Source of the DNA: Sulfuritalea sp. | GTDB taxonomy: Bacteria > Pseudomonadota > Gammaproteobacteria > Burkholderiales > Rhodocyclaceae | NCBI GenBank assembly: GCA_016712985.1 | Contig: JADJQA010000008.1 | Location: forward strand, 15,179-79,178 | DNA: 64,000 nucleotides | Direction of reading: 5' to 3' | Shown here: positions 21,380 to 28,283 of the stretch, piece after piece | Layout of the letters: every line of letters begins with the position of its first letter | How positions within the stretch are numbered: position 1 is the first letter of the stretch | Made by a program: the position numbers and the translations under genes | Notes under the pieces: model-generated | Told to the model about the DNA's origin: nothing | Databases searched by the model: none | Seen by the model: only the letters and a program-made list of their open reading frames with translations

Positions 21380-23185
21380 TCACACAGGGCTCGACAACAC
21401 GCGCTGGCGCATGGTCGTGCGCAGTTCCTCTCGTTGCGCCGGATCGGCGGCCAGTGCCGCGGCAATCGCGACGTAGTCATCCACCGAGTCGGAGACGAAC
21501 TCCGTCAACCCGATCGCATCGAGAATACTCGCGCCTACCCTTGACGCATGGCGATTCCCCGCCAGGGCAACCACGGGAACACCCATCCACAGTGCCTCGC
21601 AAGTCGTCGTCGTCCCGTTGTAGGGAAAAGTATCGAGGGCGATATCGATTCGCGAATAGCTTCCCAGGTGTTCGGACTTGTTTTCAATGCGCGCCAATAG
21701 CTCGATGCGATCGGCGGCAATGCCACGAGCGACGAACCATTCGATCAGTTCCGCGCGTCCCTCTTTGTCGCCGTTGCCAACCATCGATTTCAACAGCAGA
21801 CGCGAGCCGGGAACCCGCAGCAGCAGTCTGGCCCAGGCGGAAAGACAGTCATCGGAATACTTGGCTCGGCTGTTGAACGAGCCGAACACGACCGGAACCG
21901 CAGCCTCTGCCCGCAACGCAACCTCCGGCGCTGCGTCCGGCGCCGTGTAACAGAGGAAGCAGCGATCCAGCCGCCATCGCGTCTCGGAATGGAATTCGTC
22001 ATCGATTCCCGGAGGATCGGCAATGGCATCGGTAAGCCGGTAATCCATCGTATCGAGGCCGGTGGTGTTCGGGTAACCGAGATAGCTGACCTGGACCGGC
22101 GCCGGACGCCGGGCAAATACCATCAGGCGGTTGTCGTTGGTATGGCCAGACAAGTCGATCAGGATGTCGATCCGGTCAGTGCGGATCTGCTCGAACAGGG
22201 CCGCATGATCCAGTAAAGCGGCTTCACGCCAGACATTGAACAATGGCCTCAGGCGGGAGGTGATCTCATCCTGGTAGTGGGATACGCTATAGGCGAAAAG
22301 CTGGAACTGAGTGCGGTCCAGGTTGCCCAAGACCCCAGGAATGAAGTAAGCAACCGAGTGAAGTCGCAAATCGCCTGAAACAAACCCTATCCGCAAGCGC
22401 CGGTTACGGTCCGAAGACAGTTCAGAGAAATCGCTTTGGGGCTCTCCAACCAACTCGCGCACCCATTGCCCGAACTCGCGGTGGCGCCGCCACAAGTCCT
22501 GACTGGATATAGGAAGATAGTTCGAAAAATATAAATAGTTCATGCGCGGAAGAAATCCCGTGCCGGCGAGTTCAACCGCCCTCATGTGTGCCTGGTCCGC
22601 CTCGGCATGACGCCCCAATCCCTGGAGGGCCACCGCAAGCGTTGTCCAGTAAGCGCAGTTTTCACTGGACAGGTTTTCGCCTGCCTGCAAATACTCGACG
22701 GCATCCCGCATTCGACCCATGCTGTTGAGGATCGAACCGCCCCGTTCGCAAGCGGCCGACGACGACGGTACAAGCTGAGCCGCCCGGCGCGCATGGTAGA
22801 GGGCTTCGGGCAACCTGCCGAGCTTTTGCAGGAAGCCGGCGAGATTGAGATGAGCCTCGTAGGAGTCAATACGATCCGCCAGACCCCGGCGCAGGTGCGC
22901 TTCGGCTTCCCCCCACTGCGCCTTGGCGCTCAACAGTACAGCGAGATTGTTATTGGCTTCCGGGTATTTCGGATCGATTCTTAGCGCCTCACGGTAGGCA
23001 TGTTCCGCTTCTTCGACCCGGTCGAGGCGGGCCAGCACGGTGGCCAGTTTGTAGTGTCCGATCGCGAGTGACGGAAACTCGCTGACGATTCCCGAAAACA
23101 CGGCGAGCGCCTCGCCGAGATTGTCGCCGTCGCGCAGCTTCTCGCCTGCTGCTATGCTGTTCCGGATCGCTTCGGGTATCGACAT
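21380..23185 (-). CDS. TPR-repeat protein with C-terminal GT41-like (OGT/SPINDLY-type) glycosyltransferase domain
   Basis: 601 aa. The N-terminal half is TPR repeats. The C-terminal half carries VSYLGYPNTTG and LDTFPYNGTTTTCEALWMGVPVV. The start abuts the upstream stop (TAAATG). Confidence 0.8.
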   Translation of the reverse strand: MSIPEAIRNSIAAGEKLRDGDNLGEALAVFSGIVSEFPSLAIGHYKLATVLARLDRVEEAEHAYREALRIDPKYPEANNNLAVLLSAKAQWGEAEAHLRRGLADRIDSYEAHLNLAGFLQKLGRLPEALYHARRAAQLVPSSSAACERGGSILNSMGRMRDAVEYLQAGENLSSENCAYWTTLAVALQGLGRHAEADQAHMRAVELAGTGFLPRMNYLYFSNYLPISSQDLWRRHREFGQWVRELVGEPQSDFSELSSDRNRRLRIGFVSGDLRLHSVAYFIPGVLGNLDRTQFQLFAYSVSHYQDEITSRLRPLFNVWREAALLDHAALFEQIRTDRIDILIDLSGHTNDNRLMVFARRPAPVQVSYLGYPNTTGLDTMDYRLTDAIADPPGIDDEFHSETRWRLDRCFLCYTAPDAAPEVALRAEAAVPVVFGSFNSRAKYSDDCLSAWARLLLRVPGSRLLLKSMVGNGDKEGRAELIEWFVARGIAADRIELLARIENKSEHLGSYSRIDIALDTFPYNGTTTTCEALWMGVPVVALAGNRHASRVGASILDAIGLTEFVSDSVDDYVAIAAALAADPAQREELRTTMRQRVLSSPV

Positions 23186-24112
23186 TTACGAATCCTCGCG
23201 CGGCGCTTCGTCCGCAACCACATGCATGAATGCCGCTTCAAGTGACAACGATGGTTTGACCTCGCGCAACTGGTGATTCAGCATCCGAAGCTGATCGAGC
23301 ACTACCCATAGTTCGGAACGGGGCACCTCGGCCACCCAATTGCCCGCGCTTTCCTCGCGCGCCCGCGGAAATGCGGCGGAGCCGCTGCTGCGAACCATGA
23401 CCAGATCCTCGCTGCCGAGCAGTTCGGCAGGAGAGCGAACCGAACGCAGTTCGCCCTTGTGGATGAGGCCGAACCGATCCGCCAGTCTCTCGACATCGTG
23501 CAGTACGTGGGAGGTGAAGAACAAGGTACCGCCACCGCGCTTGTAGTCGGCCAGTATATCGACGACTTCGCGCCGACCGATCGGGTCCAGACCGCTCAGC
23601 GGTTCATCGAGCACCAGCAGGCGGGGATTGACGGCCATCGCGTTGGCCAGCGTCACGCGCTGGGTCATGCCTTTAGAGAAGGAGCGAACCGGTGCCGAAG
23701 CGACATCCGCGACACCCAACCGTTCCAGCCAGGCCATCGCCTGCCGGCGCGTTCCACCACCTTCCCGGCACTTGTGCAGGCGCAAACTCATCGAAACGAT
23801 CTCGAGCGGCGTAAGGTAATCGTACAGGCAGGGGTTCTCCGGGACATAACCAACCCGGATTCGGGCCTCGGGCAGCGCGGCATCGATGCCAAACAATTTG
23901 CAACTGCCGCGGGTTGCCCGTGCGAGGCCCATCAGGACTCTGATGGTGCTGCTCTTGCCCGCGCCGTTGGGCCCGACGAAGCCGAATGCCTCGCCCTCTG
24001 GAACTTCCATCGAAACGCCCGACACGGCCTTGACCGGTCGGCGCATCACCCCCTCGGCGTAGATTTTTTCCAGATTCTCGATTTGTATCGCCAGCATGGC
24101 TACTTTACCCAA
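23186..24112 (-). CDS. ABC transporter ATP-binding protein
   Basis: Walker A GPNGAGKSST, signature LSGLDP (degenerate LSGG), Walker B LLVLDEP. Confidence 0.9.
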   Translation of the reverse strand: MGKVAMLAIQIENLEKIYAEGVMRRPVKAVSGVSMEVPEGEAFGFVGPNGAGKSSTIRVLMGLARATRGSCKLFGIDAALPEARIRVGYVPENPCLYDYLTPLEIVSMSLRLHKCREGGGTRRQAMAWLERLGVADVASAPVRSFSKGMTQRVTLANAMAVNPRLLVLDEPLSGLDPIGRREVVDILADYKRGGGTLFFTSHVLHDVERLADRFGLIHKGELRSVRSPAELLGSEDLVMVRSSGSAAFPRAREESAGNWVAEVPRSELWVVLDQLRMLNHQLREVKPSLSLEAAFMHVVADEAPREDS

Positions 24113-24131
24113 AACGATTCTTGCGGGAACA

Positions 24132-24929
24132 TCAACGACGGGAGGCGAAAACAGGCTCGCCGTGTTCGTCCAGCGCGTAACCCCGATTGAAAGGGTCCGG
24201 GGGAATCCGCTCGATCAACCCGGCCGCCACGAGTTGATTCAGGTCGGTCAACGGCTGCCCATGGATTTCACGATAGCGCTGAGTCAGGGCTTGCAGCGCT
24301 GCCAGATCGCGCAGTCGCTGTGCCCTGTGGTTCAGATAGCGTTTGAACCTGCCGGGAGACGCATTGTCCGCCATGCGGCCGACGAGCTGTGCCGCATCGC
24401 CGGCACTGTAGCCGCGCTCTATCCAACGCGCCGCAAGGTTCTGCATGGTCCAGCTTTCCGCTTCGTCTCGCATGCGCGGCACGGCCTCGAGCAAGACCTG
24501 CGCCCCGCCAATGGGATCCTTCTCGAAGAAGTACTTGTTGAACCCCAGGTAGAACAGCGGCTGCCAGTCGTTGGGACGGGCATCTGCCGCCCGACGCAGG
24601 ATGTATTGCGCGGCCGGCATCAGTTCCGGTACCGACAGAATGGCCGCCGCGATGTAGTAGTTGTCTTCGTGAGCCGGGTTGAACCAGGAAACGTCGCGCT
24701 GGAGTTGCGCCTGTACCTGCAACTCGTCCGGCCCCATGCGATACGTCTCGGAAACCAGAATTCGGAACCCGCTAAGGTTGGCGGCGAGATACTTGTCGCC
24801 TGCCGCCATGGCGATCTGGAATACCAGCGGCAGACGCACCACGAGTTCGCGGCTGCGCTCATGCAACTGCTCCCGCGAGCCATGAATGTTCGAAAGTCCG
24901 AACATCATCGCGGCGAACACCAGCAGCAT
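24132..24929 (-). CDS. membrane-anchored hypothetical protein (transporter accessory?)
   Basis: One N-terminal hydrophobic anchor (MLLVFAAMMFGL) followed by a soluble helical domain. Lies between the permease and the ATPase. Start uncertain: ATG 24929 or TTG 24971. Confidence 0.45.
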   Translation of the reverse strand: MLLVFAAMMFGLSNIHGSREQLHERSRELVVRLPLVFQIAMAAGDKYLAANLSGFRILVSETYRMGPDELQVQAQLQRDVSWFNPAHEDNYYIAAAILSVPELMPAAQYILRRAADARPNDWQPLFYLGFNKYFFEKDPIGGAQVLLEAVPRMRDEAESWTMQNLAARWIERGYSAGDAAQLVGRMADNASPGRFKRYLNHRAQRLRDLAALQALTQRYREIHGQPLTDLNQLVAAGLIERIPPDPFNRGYALDEHGEPVFASRR

Positions 24930-24967
24930 GCCGCCGCGATAGCGGACGGCCAGCGCGTGAAAATCCC

Positions 24968-25783
24968 TCAAGAAAACTCCCGCTGCTGCAAGGCACGCAC
25001 ACCAAGGCCGACGGCGATTGCCGCGTACGACAGGGCCATGATGACTGCCCAGGTCATGTGCTCTGCGGATGGAGTCGCACCGTACAGCGACCATTGGCGC
25101 CAATCGAGACGGGAAAGATCGGGAATCAGCCAGCGCACGGTATCGACCCACGGGCCCAACTTCCCGACCAACGCCGTATCACCGTCCGCCCCGCTCGACA
25201 GGTAGTCAACCGACGCACCCAGAGCTTTGCCGCTGATCGCAAACGCCGCGCCGAGCGCCAGAGGCAGTACCGGAACGGTGGAAATCATGGCAATTGCCGA
25301 GGCCACAGCCGAAACGACCGCGACATCGAGCACAATGCCGGCAAGCGCGACCAGGAATGGCAAACCCAGGTCAACAGGAAACTCCTGCTCATAGCGCGGA
25401 CTGGCCAGCAACACCGCAAGCAGGAGACAAAAGCCGAGAATGGCTATGGAAATGCCGACAAGGACCACGATCGAAAGGTAGCGCCCGACAAAGAACTCGG
25501 AACGCGATGTCGGCAAGGCCAGGGGATGCAGGATGATCTTGCGGTCGATCTCGCGAGTGAAGAGTTCTTGCACCCAAAACAGCGCCAGGAGGACCATGGT
25601 GAAACGCACGACCGAAAACCCGATGTCCAGCGCGATCGTTTGCGGCTGGCGCGGCGAAAAGCTTCCGGCGAGGTAGGCAAACGCGATCAAGACCAGGCCG
25701 AGAACAAAGGTCACCTGGATGCTGCGGCCACGCAGGCCGGAAAGCATGCCCGACCAAGTGAATTCAAGGGCTCGAAAATGCAT
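24968..25783 (-). CDS. ABC-2 type transporter permease
   Basis: 271 aa with about 6 hydrophobic segments. Same operon as the ABC ATPase. Confidence 0.65.
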   Translation of the reverse strand: MHFRALEFTWSGMLSGLRGRSIQVTFVLGLVLIAFAYLAGSFSPRQPQTIALDIGFSVVRFTMVLLALFWVQELFTREIDRKIILHPLALPTSRSEFFVGRYLSIVVLVGISIAILGFCLLLAVLLASPRYEQEFPVDLGLPFLVALAGIVLDVAVVSAVASAIAMISTVPVLPLALGAAFAISGKALGASVDYLSSGADGDTALVGKLGPWVDTVRWLIPDLSRLDWRQWSLYGATPSAEHMTWAVIMALSYAAIAVGLGVRALQQREFS

Positions 25784-25791
25784 TCACATTG

Positions 25792-25831
25792 CCAAATAAA
25801 AGTGGCGGGCAAACCCGAGGGTTTGCCCGCC
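25792..25831 (-). terminator. rho-independent terminator after the pilin pair
   Basis: Perfect 13-bp stem GGCGGGCAAACCC / GGGTTTGCCCGCC (25804-25831), followed on the minus strand by ACTTTTATTTGG. Confidence 0.75.
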
Positions 25832-25860
25832 AATCTGAACCACTTGAAACTACCCGGTGA

Positions 25861-26241
25861 TCAGCCCGAAGTCGGGTTGTTGGTGCTGGTGAGCGCGCTT
25901 GTGGCGGCAGCGGAATTGCAGGATGTACCGGTACAGGTGGCTTCGCTGGTCACCGAACCGCCGGCGGTGGAACCGCGGAAGGAGCGGCTGCCGGCCGAGG
26001 AAACCGCGCCGACGCGGAAATAGGACTTTTGCTGGTCATAGACCATGTGCACGTTTGCAGAGCACTTTGCCGAAAATGAGTTGACCACCATCTCATTCGT
26101 AGCACTGGTGTCGACAGTGATCGTACCGTTGCCGGCAGACGTCGGCGCAGCGCAGACGACACCGGATGTAGCCGCGTTTGCATCAACCATCGCCGATAGG
26201 GCAACAGTCGTGAGAACGGACGCAAGAATAATTTTCTTCAT
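25861..26241 (-). CDS. secreted Cys-containing Ser/Thr-rich protein, candidate split-pilin globular partner (PilA-C-like)
   Basis: 126 aa. Sec signal peptide MKKIILASVLTTVALSAMVDANA|AT. Four Cys in the mature part and an S/T/G-rich C-terminus. The start is 13 nt after the short pilin stop, with RBS GGGAG. Confidence 0.6.
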   Translation of the reverse strand: MKKIILASVLTTVALSAMVDANAATSGVVCAAPTSAGNGTITVDTSATNEMVVNSFSAKCSANVHMVYDQQKSYFRVGAVSSAGSRSFRGSTAGGSVTSEATCTGTSCNSAAATSALTSTNNPTSG

Positions 26242-26254
26242 TGTAGGCTCCCTA

Positions 26255-26437
26255 TCAGTTGGTTGAATTGGCAGTCGCCTGGGTCAACAGGTTCTTGCCG
26301 TCGGATTGAGCAGCCTTGTCGTTGCCCTTTTTGGTGTACTCACTGAACTGAGGAATGGCGATGGCGGCGAGGATACCGATAATCGCAACAACGATCATTA
26401 ATTCGATCAGCGTAAAACCTTTTTGCAGCTTGGTCAT
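26255..26437 (-). CDS. truncated type IVa pilin (60-aa prepilin, 53-aa mature)
   Basis: MTKLQKG|[24 protein letters not shown] is a canonical class III leader with Gly-1/Phe+1/Glu+5. The ORF stops after only about 30 residues beyond the alpha-1 helix. RBS AGGAGA lies 8 nt upstream. Confidence 0.85.
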   Translation of the reverse strand: MTKLQKGFTLIELMIVVAIIGILAAIAIPQFSEYTKKGNDKAAQSDGKNLLTQATANSTN

Positions 26438-26486
26438 TTAGATTCTCCTAGTGAAGAAGTGCGACGGTCGTCGCTGAAACTAGTAA

Positions 26487-26502
26487 AGCACGAAGCGTGC
26501 CG
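26487..26502 (-). promoter_or_regulatory. candidate sigma-54 (-24/-12) promoter for the pilin pair
   Basis: The minus strand reads cGGCACGcttcGTGCTt, against the consensus TGGCACG-N4-TTGCW. GG-N10-GC spacing is satisfied. The site lies about 50-65 nt upstream of ATG 26437. Confidence 0.45.
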
Positions 26503-26648
26503 ACAATTGCGGAACCCCATTCCCTTGTACAAGGCTGTCTGCGTGATCCTGGAAAGCGCGAAGTGACGAAAATGGTCAGTTGCGCGCGCAATTTGTCACC
26601 AACGATGCTTTCTCGCACCTGCCCCAACCAACAGACCCCTGTGCGAGA

Positions 26649-28274
26649 TCAATTCCGAAGCAGCGCCGCGACATCCACTTCATCGATCTGCCCCGCGTCA
26701 AGAAACTGCTCGGCGTAACGCCGATAGACGCCCTGTTTGACGAACACATCGAACAGGTCGGGATCGATATGGCCATTCTTCTTGAAATTCGTCATGATGC
26801 CCATGGCCTGTGACAGCTTCATGCCGGGCTTGTAGGGGCGATCGCGCGCTGTCAGCGCCTCGAAGATGTCGGCGATGCCCATCATGCGCGCCTGCCATGA
26901 CATCTGTTCGCGGGTCAGGCCCTTGGGGTAGCCCTTGCCGTCCATGCGCTCGTGATGCCCGCCGGCGTATTCGGGCACCTTGGTCAGGTGCCGCGGCCAC
27001 GGCAGTTGCTCCAGCATCTTGATCGTGGCGACGATGTGATGATTGATGATTTCGCGTTCCTTTTGCGTCAGGGTGCCGGCGCGGATGCCCAGGTTGAGCA
27101 TCTCGTCGGCATCGAGGAACTCGGCCTCGACACCATCGACATTGCGCCATTTGCGCCCGCTGCCGATATCGCGGACGCGCTGCATGTCATCCTCCTTCAT
27201 GGCCTCGCCGCCGACATTGGCCTTGCGCAGAAACTGCCGATCTTCATCCAGCAAACGGAGTTCCTCCTGACAGTCCTTCCAGATCTGCTGGTCCGCCGCG
27301 GGATCGGCGTTTTCGCGCAGAGCGAGTTGCTTGCGCAGCGCCTTGATCTCCGCATCGCGTTTGAGCACTTCGAAACGCGTTTCGACCAGATGGATACGGT
27401 CGAACAGCGTCTGCAGCTTGGTAGCCTTGTCGACCACATGAACCGGGGTGGTGACCTTGCCGCAATCGTGCAGCAAGCCGGCGATCTTGAGTTCGTAGCG
27501 ATCGCGTTCATCCATTCTGAACGAGGCCAGCGGTCCTTCCGTGGTCGCGTCGACCGCCTCCGCCAGCATCATGGTCAAGGCCGGCACGCGCTGGCAATGG
27601 CCGCCCGTGTAGGGCGATTTCTCGTCAATTGCCATGTTGATCAGATTGATGAAGGCCTCGAACAGTTCTTCCAGCTGGCTGATCAGCAGGCGGTTGGTCA
27701 GGGCGATGGCGGCCTGCGAGGCCAGCGACTCGGCGAGGCTCTGGTCGGCCGAGGAAAACGGGGTCACCTGACGCGTCAGGGGATCCTGGGCGTTGATGAG
27801 TTGCAGCACGCCGATGATTTCGCCCTCATGGTTCTTCATCGGCACCGTGAGGAAAGACTGCGAGCGATAGCCGGTGCGCGCATCGAAGCTGCGGGTACCG
27901 GAAAAGTCGAAGCCGGCCTCGGTATAGGCGTCGGCGATATTCACCGTCTTGTCATGGATCGCGGCATGGGCGGCGACCATCGAGTCATTGGACTCGCCCT
28001 TGTCGTTGGTCAGCGGCAGGTTCGGGAAGTTGATGGCAACACCGGTGGTGCCGCCCATCGCGATGTTCAGCGAATCGGTGCGCAGGATCTCGAAGCGCAA
28101 GGCGCGCCGGTCCTCGGTCATCCGATACAGCGTTCCGCCATCGGCATGGGTAATGGTCTTGGCCGCGATCAGGATGGTCTCCAGCAGCCGATTGGTGTCA
28201 CGTTCCTTGGAAAGCGCGGCGCCGATGGCATTGAGTTGCTCAAGGCGGCGAAACAAGTCGGTGGAATTGTCCAT
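26649..28274 (-). CDS. GAF domain / HD-GYP phosphodiesterase
   Basis: 541 aa. N-terminal GAF-like region, HD motif (LLHDCGK) and GYP motif (GGHHERMDGKGYPKG). Confidence 0.85.
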   Translation of the reverse strand: MDNSTDLFRRLEQLNAIGAALSKERDTNRLLETILIAAKTITHADGGTLYRMTEDRRALRFEILRTDSLNIAMGGTTGVAINFPNLPLTNDKGESNDSMVAAHAAIHDKTVNIADAYTEAGFDFSGTRSFDARTGYRSQSFLTVPMKNHEGEIIGVLQLINAQDPLTRQVTPFSSADQSLAESLASQAAIALTNRLLISQLEELFEAFINLINMAIDEKSPYTGGHCQRVPALTMMLAEAVDATTEGPLASFRMDERDRYELKIAGLLHDCGKVTTPVHVVDKATKLQTLFDRIHLVETRFEVLKRDAEIKALRKQLALRENADPAADQQIWKDCQEELRLLDEDRQFLRKANVGGEAMKEDDMQRVRDIGSGRKWRNVDGVEAEFLDADEMLNLGIRAGTLTQKEREIINHHIVATIKMLEQLPWPRHLTKVPEYAGGHHERMDGKGYPKGLTREQMSWQARMMGIADIFEALTARDRPYKPGMKLSQAMGIMTNFKKNGHIDPDLFDVFVKQGVYRRYAEQFLDAGQIDEVDVAALLRN

Positions 28275-28283
28275 GTACCTTCC

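Noticed and set aside
26255-26437. Interpreting the short pilin as a conductive e-pilin
   Set aside because: Only three aromatic residues (F1, F24, Y27) occur in 53 mature residues, and none in the C-terminal half. That density is too low for the aromatic-stacking argument, so a pseudopilus or secretion role is the more conservative reading.
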